From: Octopus bimaculoides
Lineage: Eukaryota
Reading direction: 5' to 3'
Length of the DNA: 45,563 bases
Assembly (NCBI RefSeq): GCF_001194135.2
Contig: NC_068983.1
Location: forward strand, 115,740,132-115,785,694
The position numbers and the translations under genes were made by a program. The notes beneath the pieces are model-generated. The model saw only the letters and a list, made by a program, of their open reading frames with translations, did no database searches and was not told the DNA's origin. This document shows, piece by piece, positions 1 to 11,793 of this stretch (within the stretch, counting starts at the first letter, position 1; every line of letters begins with the position of its first letter).

Positions 1-183
1 CAGAGGTTTATCCTTGGCTAGGTATTTCTCCTGCAGCTGTCTCACTAGAAATAAGGCATCAGTAGTGCTTTTACCAGGCACGAACCCAAACTGCATCTCA
101 TCTAAATTGATTCGCTCCCTAATTAGTTGGGCTATGACCCTCTCTGTAACTTTCATAACCTGATCTAACAGCTTGATGCCTCT
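1..183 (-). mobile_element. RTE-clade LINE reverse transcriptase fragment
   Basis: The minus strand reads RGIKLLDQVMKVTERVIAQLIRERINLDEMQFGFVPGKSTTDALFLVRQLQEKYLAKDKPL, with the QFGF motif of non-LTR RTs. Near-identical to 41820-41940. Confidence 0.9.
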
Positions 184-185
184 GT

Positions 186-401
186 AGTGTGTGTGTGTCT
201 GTATTTGTCCCCCTAGCATTGCTTGACAACCAATGCTGGTGTGTTTATGTCCACGTCACCTAACGGTTCGGCAAAAGAGACCGATAGGATAAGTACTAGG
301 CTTACAAAGAATAAGTCCGGGGGTCGATTTGCTCGACTAAAGGCAGTGCTCCAGCATGGCCACAGTCAAATGACTGAAACAAGTAAAAGAGTTAAAAGAG
401 T
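186..401 (+). mobile_element. SINE family A, 3' half
   Basis: Matches the 3' half of the full copies at 10161 and 28445 (TTGTCCCCC..GCTTGACAACC..CCAGCATGGCCACAGTCAAATGACTGAAACAAGTAAAAGAG). Confidence 0.85.
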
Positions 402-600
402 TATGTATGCATACGTTTGAACATGTATGTATGCATGCATTCGTGTATGTATGTATACATGTTTGTATGTATATATATGTACGTATACATGCATGTATAA
501 TGTATTTATATATTCTTGTCATTTGTTTGCATGTATATATATTTATATGCATGTATGTGTGTACATATGTATGTATGCATGCATGTATATGTGTATGTTG
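402..600. repeat. degenerate (TATG/CATG/TA)n microsatellite
   Basis: Alternating purine-pyrimidine low-complexity tract seen directly. Confidence 0.9.
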
Positions 601-1140
601 CAGGTTTTAAGCCACAGTTTTGCACCTCATCTGCTTTGTTAAAATTTTACATTACAGCACATCTTTTCATGGAAAAGGTTATGTAACTTTTTCTTCTAAT
701 TAGTTTTCTTTTTAGACTCCTGACAGAAAAACTCAGAATAGAATCAACCCCAAAACACTGCAATAGATACTGAAAAAGTTACTGATTAGAAAAAATGATT
801 TATTGAGAGTATTTTGGACAAAAAAAAGGATTCTTGCTTTGAGAAAATTAAATTAAGTAGGAGGAAAATTTTATCTTCAGTTCTCCATTTCTTTGTTTAT
901 ATTTTCCACATTTTTATGAAGTTCAATTGCAATCTGATTATCTCATTGTAAAAATTCTGAATCAATATTCCCAAACAAACTGAAGATTGACAGCATAATT
1001 TTGAAGCAATTTATTCAAAATATTGTGAATTCATATGATTATATTTAATTTAGATGTTAATAAACCTGGGCAAGGTTGGATACAGTGCAGATACCAGCAT
1101 ATTTCTTTATCACTTTGTCTGTTTATTCTTACATACATAC

Positions 1141-1692
1141 ATCGTCATCATCATCATCATCATCGTTTAACGTCCGCTTTCCATGCTAGCATGGGTTGGA
1201 CGATTTGACTGAGGGCTGGTGAAACCAGATGGCTACACCAGGCTCCAATCTGATTTGGCAGAGTTTCTACAGCTGGATGCCCTTCCTATCGCCAACCACT
1301 CAGAGAGTGTAGTGGGTGCTTTTACGTGCCACCCGCACGAAGGCCAGTCAGGTGGTACTGGCAACGGCCACGCTCAAATTGGTGTATTTTATGTGCCACC
1401 CGCACAAGAGCCAGTCCAGGGGCACTGGCAACGATCTCGCTCGAAAGTCCTTACACATGCCACGGGCACAAGTGCCAGAAAGGCGACGCTGGGCACAGGT
1501 GCCATCACGATTTCGCTTTCGCTTACCCCAATAGGTCTTCGCAAGCTGAGTTTCATGTCCAATGAAGGAGACGATGTTGGCATAGGTGCCAGTCATCGAA
1601 TTTAGTTTGGTTTCGATTTCACTTGCCTCAACAGGTCTTCGCAAGTGGAGTTTAGTGTCCAATGAAGGAAAGATACGCATAAGTGGGCTGGC
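1141..1692 (-). mobile_element. non-autonomous RTE-related retroposon (~550 bp) with RTE 3' tail and (GAT)n end
   Basis: (ATC)n-GTTTAACGTCCGCTTTCCATGCTAGCATGGG end is shared with the coding RTE copy at 24358-25515. Contains two internal repeat pairs and no RT coding. Confidence 0.8.
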
Positions 1693-2089
1693 GTAATACA
1701 TACATACATACATATACACACGTATATGTATTATGCTCTCTCTTTTTGTGTGTATGTATGTGTGTGTGTGGTATCATTTTCATTTAACGTCCATTTTTCA
1801 TGCTGGCATGGGTGGGATAGTTTTACTGAAAACTGGTAAGCTGGGATGAATGGTGTAACAGAAGTAATGTAACCCAAAACAGAGAATATAAGAAATAATA
1901 CATTATATAATTGCTTAATAACTTATTGAGTAGAGTGCTGCAGTGGAAGCATGCTGAACCCATAACCCAGATGCTTATAGATTGAAATTATGCTCTGAGA
2001 AGTCATGGATACTGATTTCAATATCTATACAACACAACTGAGTTGTTTATAAATATACCAACCATATAGGTTCTTTTATATTTTATCTT

Positions 2090-2408
2090 TTATCTTTTAC
2101 TTGTTTTAATCAATAGACTGCGGCCATGCTGGGGCACCTCCTTGAAGAATCTTTAGTTAACTAAGTCAATCTCAGTACTTATTTGTTTTTAAGCCTGGTA
2201 CTTATTCAATCTGTCTCTTTTGCTGAATCCACTAAGTTACGGGGATGTAAACACACCAACCCCAGTTGTCCAAGTGGTGGTGGGGGGACAAACACAGACA
2301 CCAAGACACACACACACACACACACACACGCACGAACACACATATATACAAAAGGCTTATTTCAGTTTCTGCCTACCAAATCCACTCACAAAGCTCTGGT
2401 TGGCCTGA
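2090..2408 (-). mobile_element. SINE family A, 5'-truncated, internal (CA)n
   Basis: Reverse complement of the family A body and tail, abutting the mariner fragment. Confidence 0.8.
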
Positions 2409-2854
2409 GAAGATGGAACGACTCAGCACAGTTATTCAAGAGAAAAGACCTAATCGGCAGCATGGAGTTCTTCTGCTGCACGACAACGCCCGTCCTCATA
2501 TCGCCAATATGACCAAGGAAGCCATTCAAACGCCTGGCTGGGAAGTGCTGCCGCACCCGCCATACTCTCCTGATTTGGTACCAACGGATTTCCACCTCTT
2601 TCTATCTCTTTCAAATACTATGCACAGAGTTTCGTTCAATACTGATGCAGAACTGAGAGCTTGGTTGGATCAATTTTTTGAGTCGAAATCGGGTGATTTC
2701 TACCAACAAGGTATTGAAAATCTTGCTGAATGTTGGGAAGAAGTTGTAAACAACAAGGGTGAATACATTATTGATTAATTAGTTGTTACTTTTTATTAAA
2801 CCTTTTAAAAAATTTAAATTTAAAAAAACATCGAGAACTTAGTTGCCAACCCAA
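2409..2854 (+). mobile_element. mariner transposase C-terminal fragment with right TIR
   Basis: Encodes LLHDNARPH..WEVLPHPPYSPDLVPTDFHLF..NKGEYIID* (HDNA and YSPDL motifs). Ends in TTGCCAACCCAA followed by TA (2855-2856). Confidence 0.92.
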
Positions 2855-2989
2855 TATCTACCAGGGTAGGTACAAATTATATCATGAAATATAAATTTAT
2901 ACAGGGTCAGAGGTTCACCATTTGACATGTACACCAAAACCCAAGTAGCATAGTAGGCAGAGATGACAATGGGATTTTTTGCTGAATGA

Positions 2990-3310
2990 GTAGACCTTGT
3001 CACAGAGAAACAATATTTGAAACTTTACATTAAGGAGTGGGACGTACAATTTCCTATAATTCAGATTGCCTCGTGGTCCCAGCAGACAAAATGGAAAAAA
3101 CATTGCCCCAGAGGAAGGCAAGGGAGATGTGCTGGAATAGCCACTCTGACTGAAGGGGCTCACACTTGCAGATAACCATCACCACCCCAATAGTGGTAAA
3201 CGGATATGGTCCAGGGGCTGAGAATGCTGGATGTCTCCACTGCCACAGGCTCGACTTAGTATATAGGATGGACTATCTAATAACTAAGATAATAATACAG
3301 AACAACCACT
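2990..3310 (+). mobile_element. possible highly degenerate LINE endonuclease relic
   Basis: Broken motifs KLYIKEWDVQ, LQITITT and HCHRLDLVYRMDYLIT loosely resemble APE motifs (IGTWNV, LxITNT, HWHQLDYI). Confidence 0.35.
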
Positions 3311-3626
3311 TAGAAACAATAGCTTTTACTAATTTTTATGAAGATATTTCGCAATGCCTGAAGAGAAAAAAAAAACTGTAACAATGGACTTCATTATACA
3401 TTTTATAATTTTAGTTTTATAAAGTCCCCAGCAATAAAGTTAAGTTTCTGCTGTCCTTTGCATCTTATGTATCTACTGCATATTTATTTATGACTTTATA
3501 GAATTTAGTTTTTTATCTGCATAGCAACAATTGTTTTTGTAAGCTACAACAAATACTGTGCTTTCATATGGTGCAGCTGCAATCAATAAACATTACAAAT
3601 GGTAAAATACTTTTTCCGATGAACAG

Positions 3627-3748
3627 CATTTATGACAGTATCACAGACAAAAGTCGATTTCAGAAGGGGGCTATGAGCAAGAGAAAAAAAAAAGGGGTTG
3701 CAAACATTGTACCAGATGAGAAAAGACTGACACAAATGGAGAGATACT
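3627..3748 (+). CDS. candidate isolated internal exon (122 nt) of an unrecognised gene: IYDSITDKSRFQKGAMSKRKKKGVANIVPDEKRLTQMERY
   Basis: Flanked by TTTTTCCGATGAACAG| and |GTAAGT. One frame is open (starts phase 2, ends phase 1) and the sequence is non-repetitive. No partner exon was confirmed and the protein was not recognised. Confidence 0.35.
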
Positions 3749-4049
3749 GTAAGTCCCGGCCAACCAATTGCCAGAATGGAAAAACATGTGTAAAAAAAAC
3801 ATACATACATACACGTGTGTGTGTGTGTATTTTAGTTTTTTTCATATTTTCATATCAACGTGAAGGATTTAATATATTGATTGAATTCTTGTAGACTTTA
3901 CTGCCAACTTTCTTTTCTTTTTTTTTTACTGTTAGCATTATGCATCAAGAGTCAGTTGTTGATTTGTTTGTCAGACAAATTTTGACATGTAGCTGTTGAT
4001 GTATGATACTAGCAGTTAAAAAATAAAAGCAATTTGACTTAGCTTGATG

Positions 4050-4435
4050 TGTCTTTTCAAGTACAGCAAATCACCTCATCTCCTGGTCCCTTGTCATTTC
4101 TTTAGTGAGGCTCAGCATCCAAAGATCCTTTCTCACCACTTCATCCCATGCCTTCCTGGGTCTACCCCTTCAACAGATTCCCTCCATAATTACAGCTTGG
4201 CACTTCTTTATGCAGTTGTCCTCATCCGTACACATCACATGACCAAACCAGGACAGTCTTCTCTCTTGAACACAACATCTGATGCTTCTTATACTCAGTT
4301 TTCCTCTTAAATCAATTACACTCAGTCATGTGTGCACACTGATGTTACCCATTCAGTGGAGAATGCTAGCTTCATTTCTTTCAAGCCTTCACAAGTCCTC
4401 TATAGTCAAAAGCCCATGTTTCACTGCCATGTAAC
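4050..4435 (-). mobile_element. degenerate RTE ORF C-terminus
   Basis: The minus strand contains HGSETW, RLSWFGHV and GRPRKAWDEVVRKDL, typical of the RTE C-terminal region. Confidence 0.8.
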
Positions 4436-4582
4436 TAGATGTTGCTAAATCCTCATCAGTTATCATCAAAAAGATCCTTTCACTGAGTTGATCAGCTGCA
4501 TTTCTTTCTTTTCTTCTACTTTCAACATGGTTTGTTTTTTCACCATTCCTTTTTTTTTTTTTTTGTTTCCAGTCCTATAGAA

Positions 4583-4879
4583 CAGGGGTTTTCAAACTGT
4601 GGTCCGCGGACCACAGGGGGTCCGCAAGGACAAGACAGGAGGTCTGTAGACAGCAAATACTTTTTATGAGCAATTTGATTTTATATATGTTTTTTTAATA
4701 GAAATCTTTTAATTGACAATAAACCTATTTGTTAAGTACTGTTAAATAAAAAATGTAAAAATATATGTTATTTTAAGCAAATATTTATGTATAAATTTCA
4801 TAAGCGTTTATAAGGGGGTCCCTAAGGTAAAGCCTGAAATGTAAAGGGGTCCGCAAGTCAAAAAGTTTGAAAACTCCTG
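4583..4879. mobile_element. hAT-type MITE (297 bp)
   Basis: 16-bp TIR CAGGGGTTTTCAAACT / AGTTTGAAAACTCCTG (15/16 match). Exact 8-bp TSD CTATAGAA at 4575-4582 and 4880-4887. Subterminal GGTCCGC repeats. Confidence 0.92.
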
Positions 4880-5269
4880 CTATAGAACATTTTCCTTGCA
4901 TTACTCATATATTTGTCATGACTTATAGCCATGCAGCTAAAAGACAGGACAAATATATGTTTGTATAATGTATATTTATTTTACTTTGTTCGTATGTTCA
5001 CATTTTGTTGTGTTTGTTTTCGTCACTGTCCCCTGTTTGTTTACTATTCCCAGCAGATGCCACCAAAAGTGAACAATATTATCGTTAAAGGCATGAAAAT
5101 ATAAGGATCTTTTAGATGATAACTAATGAGGATTAGTAACATCTTGTCCTGTTTGTGAATTTTCTGTTTGTACCTTTATTTCATTTTTGTTTAAATTTTG
5201 AAACTTATTGTAAATATATATATCATCATCGCCATCATTTACCATGTTTTTCATGCTACCATATATATA

Positions 5270-5460
5270 TATCATCATCATCATCGTCGTCGTTTAACGT
5301 CCGCTTTCCATGCTAGCATGGGTTGAACGGTTTGACTGAGGACTGGCAAGCCAGAAGGCTGCACCAGGCTCCAATCCGATCTGGCAGAGTTTCTACCAGA
5401 TCGGATTGGAGCCTGGTGCAGCCTTCTGGTTTGCCAGTCCTCAGTCAAACCGTCCAACCC
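5270..5460. repeat. RTE 3' tail folded back as an inverted repeat
   Basis: Arms 5320-5384 and 5396-5460 match at 63/65 with an 11-nt loop. The right arm runs into an N gap. Confidence 0.85.
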
Positions 5461-6234
5461 NNNNNNNNNNNNNNNNNNNNNNNNNNNNNNNNNNNNNNNN
5501 NNNNNNNNNNNNNNNNNNNNNNNNNNNNNNNNNNNNNNNNNNNNNNNNNNNNNNNNNNNNNNNNNNNNNNNNNNNNNATATATATATATATATATATAAA
5601 TAAAATAAATTAAACACATATACACAGGGTATGTATGTTGTTAGTTCATGGGGTCGGCTGTGGTTTTTAGGCATAAGAGAATATATTCTCTATGTTCCTG
5701 GTGTAAAAAACTCCTGAAAGTAAGTCACAGTCAAGTGAGACAACTCACATCAGGTTCCCTCTCAGAGTGACAGACATCGCTGTTTCGTCATTGTTTCGAC
5801 TTATGAATGACGCATACTGAACAAGGCCCATTGCAAGTCGCATCGGTGACTATAACTATATGTTAAATGGTTTAGACACCATCTGTGTATATGTATATAT
5901 ATATATATTTATAAAGGAGGCCACTAGGTGGACTGCTAATGTGCTAGAAGAAGATCATATGTCATGTGTCTACTAAGACCAAATAATTCTCAATGGGAAT
6001 TTAGCAAAGTAATAAAGACGTAAAACGGGCAAGACCAGTGAAAATAACACAAAAAAATACAATTATATATATTTTTATATATTTTTATATATACATATAC
6101 AATAATCCTTTGAGATCTCAGATATTTTTTCTGAATCTCCCGGATTCTTTTAATGTGCTTGTTACCTGGTATTAAATTGATATTAATTAATATCCAATTT
6201 TTTACCCTATTGTTTAATTTATATATATATATAT

Positions 6235-7335
6235 CATCATCATCATCATCATCATCGTTTAACGTCCGCTTTCCATGCTAGCATGGGTTGGACGATTTGA
6301 CTGAGGACTGGTGCAACCGGATGGCTACACCAGGCTCCAATCTAATTNNNNNNNNNNNNNNNNNNNNNNNNNNNNNNNNNNNNNNNNNNNNNNNNNNNNN
6401 NNNNNNNNNNNNNNNNNNNNNNNNNNNNNNNNNNNNNNNNNNNNNNNNNNNNNNNNNNNNNNNNNNNNNNNNNNNNNNNNNNNNNNNNNNNNNNNNNNNN
6501 NNNNNNNNNNNNNNNNNNNNNNNNNNNNNNNNNNNNNNNNNNNNNNNNNNNNNNNNNNNNNNNNNNNNNNNNNNNNNNNNNNNNNNNNNNNNNNNNNNNN
6601 NNNNNNNNNNNNNNNNNNNNNNNNNNNNNNNNNNNNNNNNNNNNNNNNNNNNNNNNNNNNNNNNNNNNNNNNNNNNNNNNNNNNNNNNNNNNNNNNNNNN
6701 NNNNNNNNNNNNNNNNNNNNNNNNNNNNNNNNNNNNNNNNNNNNNNNNNNNNNNNNNNNNNNNNNNNNNNNNNNNNNNNNNNNNNNNNNNNNNNNNNNNN
6801 NNNNNNNNNNNNNNNNNNNNNNNNNNNNNNNNNNNNNNNNNNNNNNNNNNNNNNNNNNNNNNNNNNNNNNNNNNNNNNNNNNNNNNNNNNNNNNNNNNNN
6901 NNNNNNNNNNNNNNNNNNNNNNNNNNNNNNNNNNNNNNNNNNNNNNNNNNNNNNNNNNNNNNNNNNNNNNNNNNNNNNNNNNNNNNNNNNNNNNNNNNNN
7001 NNNNNNNNNNNNNNNNNNNNNNNNNNTATTCTAGCAGTTACACTTTCAGCGCACCCACCCCCACTACTAACTTGGTCACCCAGATAGCGGAAGCTATCAA
7101 CTACCTCTAGTTTTTCTCCCTGGAATGAGATAGAAGTTGTTTCCTGTTTGTTTACAGTGTTTATTGCACCTGAACATCTGCCACATACAAAGACTAACTT
7201 TGTAGTTAATCTGCCTTTGATATTGCTGCACCTCTTATGTGTCCATAGTTTGCACCGGGTACATCTTATAAAGTTACTACCTACTCCTTTACTGCATACT
7301 GAGCAGGGCCATCTACTTGAAGGGGTTTGTGTTTT
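6235..7335 (-). mobile_element. 5'-truncated RTE LINE spanning an N gap
   Basis: 7027-7335 encodes WPCSVCSKGVGSN..HKRCS..CGRC..LEVVDSFRYLG..ESVTARI. The 3' tail and (GAT)n lie at 6235-6347. Confidence 0.88.
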
Positions 7336-7454
7336 ATCTACCTTCCTACTTATATATATACACATACATACTTATGCATGTGTGTGTGTGTATGAAGGCA
7401 CATAGTGATGTTTTTGCAGCTTTAATAAAAATATATATATACACATGTATATAC

Positions 7455-7640
7455 ATACATACTTTTTCTTAGTCTTTTTATTTCTTTCAGTCATTAGATT
7501 ACAAGGAGCACCATCTTGAAGAATTTTTACTTGAATGTATCAGCCCCCAGTACTTTTTTTTTTTTAAAGCTTGGTACTTTCTTATCAGTCTCTTTTGCTG
7601 GACTGCTAAGTTACGGGAACATAAATACACCAGCTCCAGT
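7455..7640 (-). mobile_element. degenerate SINE family A 3' part
   Basis: TTTCAGTCATT..GGTACTT..CTCTTTTGCT..CTGCTAAGTTACGGG matches the family A tail in reverse. Confidence 0.65.
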
Positions 7641-8600
7641 TTATTTCTAACTTAGAAAACATGTCTGGTAACATTTTATAAACTAACTAAATTACATTTG
7701 AAACCACTGGATTTACCAAACAAAATACTGCATAGATAAAACCCCTGTCTTACTGTATGGCTGTCTGATATTTTGTCACAGATTTTGGAAATCTTTTAGG
7801 AAATGTCTACTATAAAATAAAATATTGAAATAGATATTGAAGAAAAGATTAAAACACTCCTGTATTAAGAAAATGGGATCAATACAAACTATGAATAAAT
7901 AATAAAAATGAGTAAGATATCATGTAATAATAAAATTTATTGACACACTGATTTAACAAGTTAAATTAATTGTCTTAGCTCAGGTGGTTTTCTTGTAAAA
8001 CTAATAAATACTTTTTTTTGATGACTGATGTAATGTATTACTGCTTGTAGAAAGGATTTAACTAATTGTCTCTGAAGTATAAAAATAAACAAGTGTCAAA
8101 GCTAATTTAGGATGTAATTATGTATTTAGTTTACTGTCAGGAGACTAAATTTACTTGTGACTTAATTATTGTGCTAATTATGTCTTGTTACTTAATATTA
8201 CTATTTCTTTTTTTTTTTCTCCTTGTTTTAGATATTCTAAATGCTGCAATCATTTAAATAATCTATTGGCCTTCAGATAGAAGAAAACATTCTATTTATG
8301 CCTATTGATAAAAATCTCATTGTTGAAACTGAATGAAGTGGGAAAGCATTTTAAAAAAATGCTTCAAGAGGAGAGCCGAAAGTATATATCAACATGCATA
8401 ACCATTAGGCAATAGATGGAAAAGAGGAAGAGATAAAGAAAGAAGAAATCAACCAATGAAATACTCTGCAGTTAATTGTATTGTAAAAGAAGTTCTGGTG
8501 AAGTTAGAGATAGAGAGACAAAAATAGAAATATCCATGCTATAAGAACAGATCAGAACAGATAACATTATCTGAGGAGGAAATGTTTTTACACTTCTTAC

Positions 8601-8652
8601 CCATAACTATCAACTTTGAATAGCTTGTGTATTTGATTCCACTTGCTAGTGA
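8601..8652 (-). CDS. weak candidate exon (52 nt; TSKWNQIHKLFKVDSYG or SLASGIKYTSYSKLIVM)
   Basis: Minus-strand CTTTTACATGCAG| acceptor and G|GTAAGA donor, with two open frames. Could arise by chance, and is on the opposite strand to the 3627 candidate. Confidence 0.15.
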
Positions 8653-9409
8653 CTGCATGTAAAAGTTGGTATCTTACTCTATTAAAACTATTTTTAGAAT
8701 CATGATGGAATAGAAGAAAGTTGGAAAAATCAATAAATGATTGCTTTGGCAAATAATTAGAGTTTTTTTTTTTAATTAAAAAACTATACTCTGGCTGTAG
8801 AGCTTTGTATCAATAACCAGTTTGGAATGATGTTTGATAAACACCTTTCTTGACAACTCTCCATCATTGACAACCTTTCATTTTGGCAAAATCTCGTTTG
8901 ATAAGCTCTTAATTGGTTTCTGTGTGATCATAAATGGACAATCGAGTAACAGCTCACTGAAAGTGAACACCCTTAAAAGAATGAAGCTCCTTAACTATTA
9001 CATTTGATTGTAAACCCTTTTTTTTTCTTTTAATGTCTTTAACAATTTGGTAAAAGAAATATTAATAATAAACAGATCAAGGTAATTAGTGGAAAAAAAT
9101 TGTTGGTTTGACATGTTCCAGCATTGGAAGACTATAATCAGAATTTCACAAAACATCTTCTATTACTTTGTTTTTATTTCTTTTTCATGCTTTATCACAG
9201 TTGGTGAACAACAGCATCATTGGTTACAAGGTCTCCATTAAGCTAATCACTGGTCCTCGTCAATTCTGATGGTAAAAGTGACAAGAAAATATTTCCAATT
9301 CAGTGCTGAACAAATACTAAGAAACTTAATTCAGAAAGCATTGGTTTTTTTTCAGGTGCTCAGTGATGTTTACATGCTTCATCAATATACATCAACAAAA
9401 GATGGACAC

Positions 9410-9414
<5 letters not shown>

Positions 9415-9477
<63 letters not shown>
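9415..9477. repeat. (GT)n microsatellite
   Basis: Perfect dinucleotide run. Confidence 0.98.
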
Positions 9478-9483
<6 letters not shown>

Positions 9484-9967
9484 ATACATGTATAGTTCAT
9501 ACACAACTAGACTCAACACTAGCTAAGCATGTTTTTATCTTTCATCTTTCATAATCCTATTATGAATATCTGAACATGTTATATGACACTCACTCCATCT
9601 AGTCTTCTGTAACAATATAATATTCTTCTGATGTATTCTTCTTTCACACCGAGGAGAACAGTAATACATAATTAATTTAATTGTAATTATAATTAAATTA
9701 ATTTTTAATTTTTTCCATGTTTCTTACATGTTAATATTACTGTTTTAAACAATCATATGCATGGATTAAAATTTTATAAAACTAATAACACTTTCTGTTC
9801 TTCATCTTTAACAGTTTGTTGGATATGTGTTCTATAAATAGTCATAACACACCTTATACTTGTAACATTTTCATATTCAAAAATACATACAATAGTAAGC
9901 TACCGATTTAATATGAAGAATCTCGATTAGAAATCTAACTTTGGAACACCCAAAGGATGAAATAGAA

Positions 9968-10013
9968 CTCAACCTTTTCTCACATTTATGTATGTATGTA
10001 TGTATGTATGTAT

Positions 10014-10074
<61 letters not shown>
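9968..10074. repeat. compound (TATG)n-(GA)n microsatellite
   Basis: Seen directly. Confidence 0.97.
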
Positions 10075-10077
<3 letters not shown>

Positions 10078-10160
10078 TGCTGAGATGTATTTGGTTATTA
10101 GTCTTCTCATTCAAAATTTTCTTAAAAATGAAATATTAGCTACAACAGTTACTAAATATA

Positions 10161-10547
10161 GGCATAGGAGTGGCTGTGTGGTAAGTAGCTTGCTTATGAA
10201 CTACATGGTTCCAGGTTCAGTCCCACTGCGTGGCACCTTGGGCAAGTGTCTTCTATTAAAACCTTGGACCAACCAAAGCTCGTCATATATATGTGTATAT
10301 ATATGTATGTGTGTGTATGTGTATGTGTATGTATATGTTTTTGTGTCTGTGTTTGTCTCTCCAACATCGCTTGACAACCGATGCTGGTGTGTTTACGTCC
10401 CCATAACTTAGCGGTTCGGCAAAAGAGACTGATAGAATAAGTACTAGGTTTATAAAGAATAAGTCCTGGGGTCGATTTGCTTGACTAAAGGCGGTGCTCC
10501 AGCATGGCCACAGTCAAATGACTGCAACATGTAAAAGAGTAAAAGAG
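10161..10547 (+). mobile_element. SINE family A (tRNA-derived, CORE-like), near full-length
   Basis: A-box-like TGGCTGTGTGG and B-box-like GGTTCAGTCCC. GCACCTTGGGCAAGTG resembles the CORE domain. Internal microsatellite, (TAAAAGAG)n tail, plausible TSD TAAATATA (10153-10160 and 10548-10555). Confidence 0.88.
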
Positions 10548-11495
10548 TAAATATATCATGGTGTTCAGCTGGCTATTTTGAAATTATTTTAAATTATGGA
10601 GAGTGTAAAAATAGATAAGAACTTAACCATTTTGATTTCATTCAAAACTTGAAATAGACAGTTAAATATTTAACCCCTTCAACACCAGCCTGTCTGAAAA
10701 CTCCCAGTAGTGTTGAAATTTGAATTCAAACTTTGGCCTGAAATATCATCATTATTACATGAAAAGATATTTAGATATGTAAAATATTAAGTTTTAAGTT
10801 AGATTTGTCACTAAGCTCATTATTATTCCTCATTATTTTACAAATCAAAGCACAAATGCAGAATTTATTCTAATGAAAAGTTTGGTAACAAAAGAGTTAA
10901 ACAATAAATTTGGAATAGAAATGTTTTAATTTCTAAACAAAAGAATCAAATGCTGTATAGAATAAATTTCATCGTGTGAGACATAAATCCACAGATTAAG
11001 AGAAAAGAAACTGATGGCTAAATCAACTGCAGGTTTTTGATTGGTAATTAATGAATTGACTTGCACAGGGTAGGCACTGCAAGTTCATAGAAACTCTGAG
11101 TTGACAGAGGATTTTATGATATCAAATTCAATGTAATTTTGTTTGGGGTATTTAGGGGTGGGGTGAGTGAATGAATTATAATCCATTAGTGTTAATTCTA
11201 CCTTTCACACTTGTGACATTAATTTAGTAAATACCAGTAGTACTATTTAAACTAAAATTTATTGGATGCCAAGACTTAATCAGTTGCCAAGTTCAACATC
11301 ATCTCCTAGCCCTTGTGTACAATTAGCAGAGTCTGTTCTATTGTTAGTAAGGCCAGGTCTTCAATCTCAAGACTTCTTTTCTATCTCTCACCTGTCATAG
11401 AGGTCCCATTAAAAGATAATAACATTTTGTGTGATATCTTCCATATGCTTTTAATTTTTAATGAAGAAAATGGGGCTCACCATATGTTTAAGGTT

Positions 11496-11793
11496 ACTCT
11501 TTTACTCTTTTACTTGTTTCAGTCATTTGACTGTAGCCATGCTGGAGCACCGCTTTTAGTCGAGCAAATCGACCCCAGGACTTATTCTTTGGAAGCCTAG
11601 TACTTATTCTTTCAGTCTCTTTTGCCGAACCGCTAAGTTACGGTGGCGTAAACACACAAGCATCGGTTGTCAAGCGATGTTGGGGGGGGGGACAAACACA
11701 GACACACAAACATATACACACACATACATATATACATATATACGATGGGCTTCTTTCACTTTCCATCTGCCAAATCCACTCACAAAGCTTTGG
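11496..11793 (-). mobile_element. SINE family A, 5'-truncated
   Basis: Reverse complement of the family A body and tail. Confidence 0.85.

Noticed and set aside
1321-1443. HDV-like ribozyme in the RTE-related modules (GGCCCTCGTGCC resembles P3-L3)
   Set aside because: I could not build the P1/P1.1/P2/P4 nested pseudoknot by eye. An RNArobo or Infernal HDV search would settle it.
5735-5830. hammerhead-like GACGAAAC..GTC..CTGATG on the minus strand
   Set aside because: The core reads CTGATGT rather than CTGANGA, and stem I does not pair.
8232-8290. terminal exon after a strong polypyrimidine acceptor
   Set aside because: All frames stop within 16 codons and no link to an upstream exon can be shown.
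10161-10240. tRNA genes at SINE heads
   Set aside because: A/B-box-like motifs continue into SINE bodies and do not form complete cloverleaves.
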